Assembly (NCBI GenBank): GCA_902525575.1
Contig: CABZHU010000003.1
Coordinates: 12,109 to 76,108, forward strand
Direction of reading: 5' to 3'
DNA: 64,000 nt
DNA from: an uncultured Pelagibacteraceae bacterium
GTDB lineage: Bacteria; Pseudomonadota; Alphaproteobacteria; Pelagibacterales; AG-422-B15
Shown here: piece by piece, positions 33,108 through 42,665 of the stretch
How positions within the stretch are numbered: the first letter of the stretch is position 1
Layout of the letters: each line of letters starts with the position of its first letter
Notes under the pieces: model-generated
What the model was told of the DNA's origin: nothing
Databases searched by the model: none
The model's input: the letters and a program-made list of their open reading frames with translations, nothing else
Position numbers and translations under genes: made by a program

Positions 33108-34209
33108 TAAAATAAATTATTATATTTTAAAAAAGTTTTTATATTCGTTTTTAATAACCTTTATCATATTAGCTTCTATTCTCTTTATTGGTGATTTTGT
33201 TGAGCAATTTAGAAAAACAGCAGGCAAAAATGTACCTTTAAATATTATATTACAGCTAACAATATTCAATTTTCCTAATCTAGTTGCTTATACATTGCCA
33301 ATTACTTCTTTTTTTTCATCTATTTTGGCTCTATTAATTTTGATTAGAAATTCAGAACTAACAGTAATCAGTGGTATGGGTATTTCAAATCTAAAGACTA
33401 TTCTCCCACCTATAATACTTTATTTTTTTATTGGTATTACATTTATCACTTTAGCTAATCCACTGATTGCTATATTTGATGATAGATACTCTAACCTAAA
33501 ATATGAATACATAGATCGAGTTGATAAATTTGCGTCTATTACAAAAAATGGTCTTTGGCTCAAACAAGATAATTATGAAACAAACCTGACAAGTGTGCTT
33601 TATGCTAAAAATACTGAACAAGAAGGAAAAGTCTTAAATTCATTTATGTTATTAGAATATGACGAAAAAGGGGCTTTTAATGGAAGAATTGATGGTAAAA
33701 AAGCAGAACTGAATGAAGGATATTGGAAGATGTTTGAAATTCAAGTCACGCCAAAATACGGTGAAACAATATATAAAAATTACCTTAATTATAAGACTAA
33801 CATTAAACCTGAAGATATATCAGACAGCCTTTCCTCTCCCTCTAGTATATCTATATGGCGCTTGTTAACTTTTATAAGTTTTCTGGAAGAATTAGGCTAT
33901 TCAGCGGTTGATTTCAAAATGCACTTATACAGTCTCATAAGTCTCCCTTTTTTTATTTCAGCTCTTGTTCTTTTGGCATTTTGCCTAGTTCAAGGTATTA
34001 AACAAAATGATAAATTTTCTAAAATAATTGTAAGTTCATTAATTATAATATTTTTTTTATATTTTATATCAAACTTACTAAATGCATTAGGGTCAACATC
34101 TCAAATTCATCCTATTGTTGCAAATTTTGGCATGCCCCTTATTGCATTCGCGCTAGCAATGTTTATTTATCAGTACTGGGAGTTTAAGCGAAGAAAGATA
34201 TTTAAATGA
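33100..34209 (+). CDS. lptG: LPS export permease LptG
   Basis: RNSEL, GLWLKQ; second YjgP/YjgQ paralog. Confidence 0.85.
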   Translation: MFNKINYYILKKFLYSFLITFIILASILFIGDFVEQFRKTAGKNVPLNIILQLTIFNFPNLVAYTLPITSFFSSILALLILIRNSELTVISGMGISNLKTILPPIILYFFIGITFITLANPLIAIFDDRYSNLKYEYIDRVDKFASITKNGLWLKQDNYETNLTSVLYAKNTEQEGKVLNSFMLLEYDEKGAFNGRIDGKKAELNEGYWKMFEIQVTPKYGETIYKNYLNYKTNIKPEDISDSLSSPSSISIWRLLTFISFLEELGYSAVDFKMHLYSLISLPFFISALVLLAFCLVQGIKQNDKFSKIIVSSLIIIFFLYFISNLLNALGSTSQIHPIVANFGMPLIAFALAMFIYQYWEFKRRKIFK

Positions 34210-36293
34210 AATTATTAGTAAAAAATAATATCTTATTAGCACTTTCCATCTCAACAATTGGTTTCCTTCTTTGCTATTCAGTAATTAATGCTGAGGAGAA
34301 AGTTAGAATCTATGCAGATAAAGTTCAAATTGATGAGATTAATGAAAAAGTAAAAGCTTCTGGAGAAGCTATTGCCATAAGTAATGATAATATAAAAATC
34401 AAATCAGATAAATTAACATATGATAAAAGTGAAAATCTTCTAGAAGCAAATGGAAATGTAATAATCAATGATCAAATGAATAATACTTTTTTTCTTGATG
34501 AACTAAATGCAGGAGAAAATTTTAATGAAATTTCAGGTAAGTCTGTAAAAGTACGACTTCATGATGGGTCAAGAATCGTTGGCTCTAAATTTGATAAAAA
34601 AAATGAAATAAGCATTATTGAAAATGCCGAATATACCCCGTGTAAAGAAGAAAATTATTTAATAAAAAACTGTCCTGGATGGAAACTTAAATCTAAGAAA
34701 ATTTACCATAATAAAGAAAGTAAAACAATTCACTATGATCATGCTCAAATTCAATTATTCAATCTCCCAGTCTTCTATTTGCCTTATTTTTCGCATCCAG
34801 ACCCCTCAGTAAAAAAGAGATCTGGATTTTTAATGCCTACTATTCAAACTGATAATCAACTGGGTGAAACTTTTTCTATTCCTATATTTCTTAATCTCAG
34901 CAGTAATCGTGACTTTACATTTACCCCAAACATACAAACTAAAAGTAATAATTTCTATAATTTAGACTACAGACACCTAAGCAAATCGTTTGAATTAGAA
35001 GTTAACTCAAGTATCGATGACAATAATGACGATACTGGAACTAGTAATCATTTATTCCTTGAGAGTAAAATTTTCAATTCGATTGGTAACTTAAATACAT
35101 ACCTAAAAACAAGCAACAACGATACTTATATGCGTAAAAACAAAATAAATAACCTTACTGTACTTAAATCAGGGATAGAGTTTGAAAGGGAAGTGGAGAA
35201 TAATTTTTTTTTAATTGAAGCTCTTGGATATAAGCATTTAACAACGGAAGATCAACAATGGGAATATTTATATCCAAACATAATTTATAATATTGATAAT
35301 ATAGATAGCAATATCTTTGATGGAAATGTCTCACTTGATAATAATTTTTCATTTAGAAGAAACTTAAATGAAAGTTCATCATCACTTGCCTCCTCTCAAG
35401 TAAATTGGTCAAATCAAAAAATAAATAGAGATTTTGGATTTATTTTTGATAATGAAGCAAATTTTAGAGTAACCTCAATTTCAATTGATCAAAAGTCAGG
35501 GTCCGATATAAGTAATATACGTTTCTATCCTCAATTTAGTTCTAAAATAACATATCCCTTATTAAAATCTTCCTTAATGTTTAATCAAACTTTAACTCCT
35601 GTTATTATGCCAATCATTGCTCCTTATAATAATTATACAGGAGCACAGACAATCACAAATAGTAATTTATTTTCAACAAATAGAGCTACATCTATAAATG
35701 AGTGGGAAAGTGGACCAAGAATAAATTACGGCATTGAATGGTTTATTAATTCTACAAATGGAACAGATGTTAAGGTCGTGCTGGGTCAAAACTATCGTTT
35801 CAACAAACTAAGCGAAGATACAACTAGTGAAATATCAAATTATTTTGTTAATTCAAATATAAATATAGATTTAGATAATTATTTAGATGGATCTCTTATA
35901 ATTGATCGAGATGATTTAAAAATTAGGTCTTTTAATGCTAATACATTTAATACATTTGGTGATTTAATACTTGCTTTAAATTATGATTATACTTCAGGTA
36001 ATTATAATGCCCCTGCAGAGCAAGTTGCAGTAGGAGGTAAATATAAGCTTGATAATGATTTATTTTTAAAATTCACAGGCGCCAAAAACCTAGATACAAA
36101 TAAAAATATTGGTTACCAATACGGTATTTTATATGAAAACGATTGCTTGGGAATTGACTTAAATTATTATAGAGATCTTACAAAAGATAGGGATGTTGAA
36201 GAAAGTTATGGATATAGTTTCACAGTAGTACTGAAACCATTTGGATCAACAAATAATTATGGAAAAAATAAAGTTTTTGGACCTAAAATCTAA
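34206..36293 (+). CDS. lptD: LPS assembly outer-membrane protein LptD
   Basis: YTPC...CPGW, PVFYLPYFSHPD, RSGFLMP, YENDC. Confidence 0.92.
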   Translation: MKLLVKNNILLALSISTIGFLLCYSVINAEEKVRIYADKVQIDEINEKVKASGEAIAISNDNIKIKSDKLTYDKSENLLEANGNVIINDQMNNTFFLDELNAGENFNEISGKSVKVRLHDGSRIVGSKFDKKNEISIIENAEYTPCKEENYLIKNCPGWKLKSKKIYHNKESKTIHYDHAQIQLFNLPVFYLPYFSHPDPSVKKRSGFLMPTIQTDNQLGETFSIPIFLNLSSNRDFTFTPNIQTKSNNFYNLDYRHLSKSFELEVNSSIDDNNDDTGTSNHLFLESKIFNSIGNLNTYLKTSNNDTYMRKNKINNLTVLKSGIEFEREVENNFFLIEALGYKHLTTEDQQWEYLYPNIIYNIDNIDSNIFDGNVSLDNNFSFRRNLNESSSSLASSQVNWSNQKINRDFGFIFDNEANFRVTSISIDQKSGSDISNIRFYPQFSSKITYPLLKSSLMFNQTLTPVIMPIIAPYNNYTGAQTITNSNLFSTNRATSINEWESGPRINYGIEWFINSTNGTDVKVVLGQNYRFNKLSEDTTSEISNYFVNSNINIDLDNYLDGSLIIDRDDLKIRSFNANTFNTFGDLILALNYDYTSGNYNAPAEQVAVGGKYKLDNDLFLKFTGAKNLDTNKNIGYQYGILYENDCLGIDLNYYRDLTKDRDVEESYGYSFTVVLKPFGSTNNYGKNKVFGPKI

Positions 36294-36913
36294 TGCGTGA
36301 AAATAACATTGCAATGAGATCATTACTGATAATGTTTTTTATTCAGTTATTATGCTTAAATGCAAATGCATTTAATGTAAACGATCACAGAATAGCTGTG
36401 CTTGTGAATGATCAGCTTATTACATCTTATGATGTCATACAAAGAATGAAGCTAAGTGCAATATTGTCAGGTATTGAGATTACTGAAGAGAACAATAATA
36501 AACTAGTAAATAATGTGGTGGATGAATTAATAAAAGAGAAGTTAAAAAACCAAAAAATTAATGAATATGGCATTTCTGTAAGTGAAAATGAATATTTAGA
36601 ACAAGAATTTATCTTTTACCAAAATAATCCAATTAATAAAACAGACATCATTAAAATATTCGAAATTAACGATATCAAATATAGTGAGTTTAAAAAATAT
36701 TTAGTTGATGAAATTTCCTGGCAGAAATTGATTTCAGGAATGTATTATCGTCTAACATCTACTAGTAAGATTGAAATTGAAGAAATTATTAGAAAAAATC
36801 CAAATATATCAGAAGAAACAGCTAAAAATATCATTGTCCAAAGACAATTAGATTTAAAAAGTAATAAAATGATAAGAGACCTATTTAATGAAGCTACAAT
36901 TGAATATAAATAA
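36293..36913 (+). CDS. surA: SurA N-terminal-domain chaperone without parvulin domain
   Basis: IAVLVNDQLITSYDV N-domain and RDLFNEATIEYK C-terminus; between lptD and rsmA. Confidence 0.75.
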   Translation: MRENNIAMRSLLIMFFIQLLCLNANAFNVNDHRIAVLVNDQLITSYDVIQRMKLSAILSGIEITEENNNKLVNNVVDELIKEKLKNQKINEYGISVSENEYLEQEFIFYQNNPINKTDIIKIFEINDIKYSEFKKYLVDEISWQKLISGMYYRLTSTSKIEIEEIIRKNPNISEETAKNIIVQRQLDLKSNKMIRDLFNEATIEYK

Positions 36914-37679
36914 GGCATTCCCAAAAAAATCCCTTGGTCAAAATTTTATTCAAAGTAAAGATTTTATTTTAAAATTAAGTGAATTAATTCAAAGTGATAT
37001 CGACACTAATATCTTTGAAATTGGTCCCGGTACGGGAGCTCTGACTGATGAATTAGTAAAAAAAAAATTTAAGAACTTATATTTAATTGAAAAAGATTTA
37101 GTATTGTTTCAAAAATTAAAAAAAGAGTTCAAAAACGAAAAAAATATTTTAGTATTTAATAGCGATGCGATTGATTATAATTACGAAGATATAAATAAAA
37201 ATCAAAAATCCTTAATTGTTGGAAATTTACCATTTAATATATCATCGCAACTTCTAATAAATTGGATAGTCAATTACAATTGGCCACCATTTTATAGCAA
37301 GATGATATTAATGTTTCAAAAAGAAGTTGCCAATCGAATAATCGCTAGGCACAATCAAAAAAGTTACAGTCGTATATCTGTTATATCCCAAGCTCGTTGC
37401 GAAATTAAAGTACTTTTAAACGCGCCATCGAATATATTTTTCCCAAAGCCAAAGGTTGATGGAACTGTACTTGAATTTATTCCAACTAATAAGTATATGG
37501 ACATTAATATCTCAAATTTACAAAAAATACTTAGAAAATCTTTTGAACACAGAAGGAAGAAAATTAAAACAAGTTTAAAAGATTATGACTACCTTTTAAA
37601 AAGGCTTAGCATTGATGATGGATTGAGAGCAGAAAACCTAACTGTTGACGATTACTGTAAGTTGGCTTTAGCTATTTAA
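36888..37679 (+). CDS. rsmA: 16S rRNA dimethyladenosine transferase
   Basis: KKSLGQNF, EIGPGTG, GNLPFNI, MFQKEVA. Confidence 0.95.
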   Translation: MKLQLNINKAFPKKSLGQNFIQSKDFILKLSELIQSDIDTNIFEIGPGTGALTDELVKKKFKNLYLIEKDLVLFQKLKKEFKNEKNILVFNSDAIDYNYEDINKNQKSLIVGNLPFNISSQLLINWIVNYNWPPFYSKMILMFQKEVANRIIARHNQKSYSRISVISQARCEIKVLLNAPSNIFFPKPKVDGTVLEFIPTNKYMDINISNLQKILRKSFEHRRKKIKTSLKDYDYLLKRLSIDDGLRAENLTVDDYCKLALAI

Positions 37680-38267
37680 TTTTGTCCTAGCTTGTAATAT
37701 TATTTTTTTTATTTTTAAAATACAATCTTGGAATTTGTCATTTTCAACAATGTGCTCATATTCATTCTGATGACTCATTTCAGTTTCGTACATTTTCATT
37801 CTATATTGAATTGCTTGTTCGTTGTCTCCAGATTTTTCTGCCCTTAACTTAAGTCTTTCGTAGATAATTTCCTTAGAAGGTGGAGTAATAAATATAGTTA
37901 ACAGGTTTGGTTGATTAGAGGCCTTAAGCTGAATTGATCCTTGCCAATCTATGTCAAACAAAACATCAAAACCATTATTTAGCGAGTTTTTAACAACCTT
38001 ATGAAGAGAGCCGTAATAATTGCCAAAAACATTTGCATATTCAATATATTCGTTATTTTTAATCCTTCTCTCAAATTCACTTTTATCAATAAAGTTATAG
38101 TCTTTACCATTAATTTCATTATCTCGGGGAGATCTTGTGGTATCTGAAATAGATATATTTAACTGAGGATCATCCCTTAACAACTGTTTACATATAGATG
38201 ATTTTCCCGCTCCAGACGGTGATGATATCACAATAATCAATCTTTTTGATTTCAGACTATTTTTCAT
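37668..38267 (-). CDS. gmk: Guanylate kinase
   Basis: SSPSGAGKS, TTRSPR, GNYYG, DIDWQG. Confidence 0.95.
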   Translation of the reverse strand: MKNSLKSKRLIIVISSPSGAGKSSICKQLLRDDPQLNISISDTTRSPRDNEINGKDYNFIDKSEFERRIKNNEYIEYANVFGNYYGSLHKVVKNSLNNGFDVLFDIDWQGSIQLKASNQPNLLTIFITPPSKEIIYERLKLRAEKSGDNEQAIQYRMKMYETEMSHQNEYEHIVENDKFQDCILKIKKIILQARTKLNS

Positions 38268-39519
38268 CAAACTTAGAAAATACCAACGAAACATTTGTAC
38301 CACCAAAACCAAATGAATTGGATATTACATTTGTAAGACTCATTTGTTGTGGTTCAGATTTAATAAAATTTATCTTTTTTGTTTCCAACTCATTTTCTAG
38401 GTTTAAGTTAACTGGTACAATCTCATTTTCTAAACTCATAATTGAAAATATTGCCTCAACGGCTCCAGCAGCCCCCAACAAGTGGCCTATTTGAGATTTT
38501 GTTGATGATACGCATACTTTTTTTGAGTTCTCCATAAATAATTTATCAATAGCTAAAGCTTCAGCTTTATCTCCGGCTGGGGTTGATGTGCCATGAGCAT
38601 TTATGTATTGAATTTCATTTGGCTGAAGTTTAGCGTCCTCAATTGAATTGTTCATAGCCCTATAAGCTCCATCTCCTGAACTATCTGGCAAGGTATAGTG
38701 GAATGCATCTGACGACATTCCATAGCCCTTAATCTCACACAATATTTTTGCATTACGTTTAAGGGCATGGTCTAATTCTTCAAGAATTAGCACTGCTCCA
38801 CCTTCTCCCATAACAAAACCATCTCTTTCTTCATCAAAGGGTCTAGACGATTTTGAAGGGTTATCGTTAAATTTTGTGCTTAGCGCTCTACAAGCTGCAA
38901 AGCCCTCTATTCCAATAGGGCTTATAGTCGCCTCAGATCCACCAGTCATCATTATATCAACCTGTCCATGCTGTATTAGGCGAAACGACTCACCAATTGC
39001 ATGTGCAGAAGAGGCGCAGGCAGAAACTGTTGAATAGTTTGGTCCTTTAAAATTATACTTTATTGATAAGTAGCCAGCAGGCATATTGATTATTCTACCA
39101 GTTATAAAAAAAGGGCTGATTTTTTTTCCATTTGCATAATCAATAGATGTTTGTTCGATTCCTGGTAATCCACCCATACCTGAGCCAATAATGCAACCTG
39201 CACGGAAAGAATGTGGATCATTGATGATGCCTAAATTACTATCTTTAAAAGCTTCCTCGCCAGCAGCCATTGCATATTTAATAAAATCATCAATTTTTTT
39301 TATTTCCTTTCTTTCAATCCAGTGCTCTGCATTAAAAGTTCCATTTTCCCCATTGCCGATCGGTACTTCGCATGCAACTTGGCATTTGTATTTTGTGGAG
39401 TCGAATTTTGTAATTTTAGTTGCACTTGATTTAGCGGAAATTATGCTTTTCCAATTTTGTGATTTTCCACAACCAAACGGGGTCACTAGCCCCATTCCGG
39501 TAACTACAACTCTCTTCAT
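38257..39519 (-). CDS. fabF: Beta-ketoacyl-ACP synthase II
   Basis: SACASS, AHGTST, GHLLGAAG, NSFGFGG. Confidence 0.96.
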   Translation of the reverse strand: MKRVVVTGMGLVTPFGCGKSQNWKSIISAKSSATKITKFDSTKYKCQVACEVPIGNGENGTFNAEHWIERKEIKKIDDFIKYAMAAGEEAFKDSNLGIINDPHSFRAGCIIGSGMGGLPGIEQTSIDYANGKKISPFFITGRIINMPAGYLSIKYNFKGPNYSTVSACASSAHAIGESFRLIQHGQVDIMMTGGSEATISPIGIEGFAACRALSTKFNDNPSKSSRPFDEERDGFVMGEGGAVLILEELDHALKRNAKILCEIKGYGMSSDAFHYTLPDSSGDGAYRAMNNSIEDAKLQPNEIQYINAHGTSTPAGDKAEALAIDKLFMENSKKVCVSSTKSQIGHLLGAAGAVEAIFSIMSLENEIVPVNLNLENELETKKINFIKSEPQQMSLTNVISNSFGFGGTNVSLVFSKFDEK

Positions 39520-39529
39520 TAAATTGTAT

Positions 39530-39766
39530 TTATTTGTCTGTTTCTAAGTGAGATATTGCATCACCGACAGTTAAAATACTTTCTGCTTTATCATCAGGAA
39601 TTTCTACATCAAAAGCTTCTTCAAAGGCCATGACTAGTTCAACGGTATCTAAACTATCTGCCCCTAAATCATCAATAAATTTAGCATCATCAGTAATCTT
39701 ACTCATATCATCTATACCTAAATGTTCAGCAATAATTTTTTTAACTTTGTCAGCAACTTCACTCAT
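39530..39766 (-). CDS. acpP: Acyl carrier protein
   Basis: [18 protein letters not shown] phosphopantetheine site. Confidence 0.97.
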   Translation of the reverse strand: MSEVADKVKKIIAEHLGIDDMSKITDDAKFIDDLGADSLDTVELVMAFEEAFDVEIPDDKAESILTVGDAISHLETDK

Positions 39767-39815
39767 AAATACTCCTGTTTTTAATATATTAACTTTTTGT
39801 TTAGTACGATCTGCA

Positions 39816-40535
39816 TCACATTGTCAAGCCACCATTAACATGAAGCACTTGGCCGGTAATATAAGCTGATTCTTCTGAAGAAAGAAAATAAACTGCTGAT
39901 GCAATTTCATCAATTCTTCCCATTCTTCCAAGAGGAATTCTTTCTACCATATTTTGCAATATTTTTTCATCAATTGTATCAAGGATTTCAGTATCAACAA
40001 ATCCTGGCGAAACACAGTTAACAGTTATACCTCTTGAGGCTACTTCATTTGCGATTGTTCTTGTTAGACCTTCAATTGCAGATTTAGAAGCAACATAGTT
40101 TGCTTGGCCAGCATTACCAATCTTGGCTGCATCTGATGAAATATTTATAATCCTTCCCCAGCGGTTTTTTACCATGCCTTTTAAAATTTGTTTCGTTAAC
40201 TTAAAATTGGAATTTAAATTGATATTAATTACATCGTTCCATTCTTTATTTTTCATTCGTAAAAATAGATTATCTTTGGTGATACCAGCGTTATTAATTA
40301 GTATATCAGTTGATCCATAATATTCATTAGACTGCTGCACTAAATTCTCAATTTGTAAATCGTCATTAAGATTACAGGAAATACATTTAACTTTACCTTT
40401 ATAATTAACTTCAATTTCCTTTAACTTATCCCTGTTAGTGCCTGTTACACATATGTTATAATTACTATTATAAAATAATTTTAAAACTGACGACCCTATT
40501 CCACCTGTTCCTCCAGTAATTAAGACATTCTTCAT
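39816..40535 (-). CDS. fabG: 3-oxoacyl-ACP reductase
   Basis: [30 protein letters not shown]. Confidence 0.95.
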   Translation of the reverse strand: MKNVLITGGTGGIGSSVLKLFYNSNYNICVTGTNRDKLKEIEVNYKGKVKCISCNLNDDLQIENLVQQSNEYYGSTDILINNAGITKDNLFLRMKNKEWNDVININLNSNFKLTKQILKGMVKNRWGRIINISSDAAKIGNAGQANYVASKSAIEGLTRTIANEVASRGITVNCVSPGFVDTEILDTIDEKILQNMVERIPLGRMGRIDEIASAVYFLSSEESAYITGQVLHVNGGLTM

Positions 40536-40537
40536 AA

Positions 40538-41470
40538 TTAAATATTATCCAATTTATCAAAATCATCCACTTTTGATATTGATATTGATATTATATCTTT
40601 TGAAATTCTTCTTACTAAATTTGTTAATACATTTCCAGGCCCAATTTCGATAAACCTTTCAACGCCATCTTTTACCATATTCGAGATTATTTCTCTCCAT
40701 CTCACTTTTTTAATTATTTGATCCACTAGAATTTGCTTTATCTCAATTTCATCACAAGGCAGAGAAGTCACATTTGAATAAAGAGGTACAGCAAAAGCTT
40801 TAAAGCTAAATTTATTAATCTCATTCTTCATTGTCATCGAGGCTTTCATCATAAATTCACTATGAAAAGGAGCGCTTACTGAAAGCTTAATAGCTTTTTT
40901 AAAACCAAGCTTTTTTGCATTTGCTACAATATAATCAATTGCTTTCATTTCACCACTTATTACAACTTGCCCAACTGCATTATCATTTGCGATAAAAACT
41001 TTTCCTTTTGAACTTATATTACTGATGACAGTAGTAATCACTTCTTCAGCACCTCCAATAATTGCTGCCATACCGCCAGTGCCAACTGGCATACTTTCTT
41101 GCATGGCTTTGGATCGAATTTTAAGTAACTCTACAGAATCTGTAAATTTAAGTGATTTATTAGCAACCAATGCTGAATATTCTCCAAGAGAGTGGCCTGC
41201 TACACAATGATAAGAATGCTCATTTATTTTTTCACTTTCTTTTAAAGCAGTAAAAATGGCAACACTTGTAGCCATTATTGATGGTTGTGAATTTTCTGTC
41301 ATTACAAGTTCACTTTCTTCGCCATTGAATATTAAGTTTGTAAGACTTTTACCCATTATTTCGTCCAGCTGGTCATAAATATCTCTTGATGATTGAAAAT
41401 TAGAATATAAGTCGTGCCCCATTCCAACGTTTTGTGAGCCTTGCCCAGGAAAAATTAATGCTGTTTTCAT
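40538..41470 (-). CDS. fabD: Malonyl CoA-ACP transacylase
   Basis: FPGQGSQ, GHSLGEY, VSAPFHS. Confidence 0.96.
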   Translation of the reverse strand: MKTALIFPGQGSQNVGMGHDLYSNFQSSRDIYDQLDEIMGKSLTNLIFNGEESELVMTENSQPSIMATSVAIFTALKESEKINEHSYHCVAGHSLGEYSALVANKSLKFTDSVELLKIRSKAMQESMPVGTGGMAAIIGGAEEVITTVISNISSKGKVFIANDNAVGQVVISGEMKAIDYIVANAKKLGFKKAIKLSVSAPFHSEFMMKASMTMKNEINKFSFKAFAVPLYSNVTSLPCDEIEIKQILVDQIIKKVRWREIISNMVKDGVERFIEIGPGNVLTNLVRRISKDIISISISKVDDFDKLDNI

Positions 41471-41542
41471 TTAAAAGAATACTTGCTTAATGGCTAATTA
41501 TAGAATATTTATTCGGACTTTAATAATAAATATGACTAATTT

Positions 41543-41869
41543 ATGGCTCTTTTCGAACATGTAATAATACTTAAACAAAGCTTAAGTTCAAATGAACTTT
41601 CTGATGAGTTAAAAAATCATACAGACATGGTATCTGAATTAAATGGAAACGTCGTTTATCAAGAAAGCTGGGGGATGAGAAATCTTGCCTATCCTATCAA
41701 AAATAATAAAAAAGCGTTTTATGAATTTATGAACATTGAAATACCTCAAGAAAATATCGACTTAATGAACTCAAAATTGAATCTAAATGAGAATGTTATC
41801 AGATACTTATCTATAAAAGTTAAATCATTTAGTGAAACTCCAACATTAATGGTAAAGGAAAAAGAATAG
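41543..41869 (+). CDS. rpsF: 30S ribosomal protein S6
   Basis: WGMRNLAYPIK, ENVIRYL. Confidence 0.95.
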   Translation: MALFEHVIILKQSLSSNELSDELKNHTDMVSELNGNVVYQESWGMRNLAYPIKNNKKAFYEFMNIEIPQENIDLMNSKLNLNENVIRYLSIKVKSFSETPTLMVKEKE

Positions 41870-41875
41870 CTATTT

Positions 41876-42070
41876 ATGGACAAAAATACAAAAAATAATA
41901 GTTCTTCTTTCGACTATAAAGACCTTTCCTCACTCAGAAAATTTATTTCCGAAAAAGGAAAAATTACACCAAGAAGGATTAGTTATATTTCTATAAAAAA
42001 ACAAAAAGATCTTTCAAACGCAATTAAAAGAGCAAGATATCTAGCATTATTGCCATATACTGGAAGATAA
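41876..42070 (+). CDS. rpsR: 30S ribosomal protein S18
   Basis: [29 protein letters not shown]. Confidence 0.95.
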   Translation: MDKNTKNNSSSFDYKDLSSLRKFISEKGKITPRRISYISIKKQKDLSNAIKRARYLALLPYTGR

Positions 42071-42516
42071 TGGATATTATACTTCTAGAATCATTAAATA
42101 AATTAGGAAAAGCAGGTGAAATTGTCACTGTTAAAGATGGTTTTGCTAAAAATTTTTTAATACCTAATAAAAAAGCAATTATTGCAAATAAAAAAAATAA
42201 AGCTGAATTAGAAACACGCACCACTCAAATAAATGCTAATAATGATAAAAAAATAGTTGAGGCTAATGAAATTAAAGAAAAGTTAGATCAAAAGAAAATT
42301 TCAATAGCAATGGAGGCAAACGATGATGGCAGTCTCTATGGTGCAGTTAGTCAAAAATCTGTAAGTGAGAGTATATATTCTTTACTTGAAATAAAGATTT
42401 CACCTGACGCGGTAGTTCTTGATCCAATAAAAGAAATAGGTGAAACTGAAATACAGGTAATTTTATACGAGGATATTAAGGCTATTCTTCGCCTTGAAAT
42501 AACAAAAAAAACTTAA
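42070..42516 (+). CDS. rplI: 50S ribosomal protein L9
   Basis: LGKAGEIVTVKDGFAKNFLIP, GSLYGAV. Confidence 0.95.
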   Translation: MDIILLESLNKLGKAGEIVTVKDGFAKNFLIPNKKAIIANKKNKAELETRTTQINANNDKKIVEANEIKEKLDQKKISIAMEANDDGSLYGAVSQKSVSESIYSLLEIKISPDAVVLDPIKEIGETEIQVILYEDIKAILRLEITKKT

Positions 42517-42579
42517 TAATAATTCTTTACCAATTTCAAAGATTTAAGAGGCAAATATAATTCTATATATAAAGCCTAA

Positions 42580-42637
42580 AAATATACTAACAAAATTGGA
42601 ATCCTGTTAGTATCTTTTATTACAAATATACTGACAA
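42580..42637. repeat. Three copies of ATACT(A/G)ACA upstream of dnaB (direct, inverted, direct)
   Basis: AAATATACTAACAA 42580-42593, TGTTAGTAT 42605-42613, AAATATACTGACAA 42624-42637. Confidence 0.65.
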
Positions 42638-42665
42638 TTTTTTGTAATTAATATTAATTGATTGA

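Noticed and set aside
39191-39547. 118-aa plus-strand ORF and many similar 60-130 aa ORFs antisense to core genes (e.g. 20453-20845, 14761-15141, 53269-53604)
   Set aside because: Shadow ORFs lying opposite or inside well-conserved genes, with no recognisable motifs.
41505-41533. Hairpin ATATTTATT/AATAAATAT before rpsF as a candidate S6:S18 leader
   Set aside because: AU-only stem, no CCG motif or paired SD; could be chance in AT-rich DNA.
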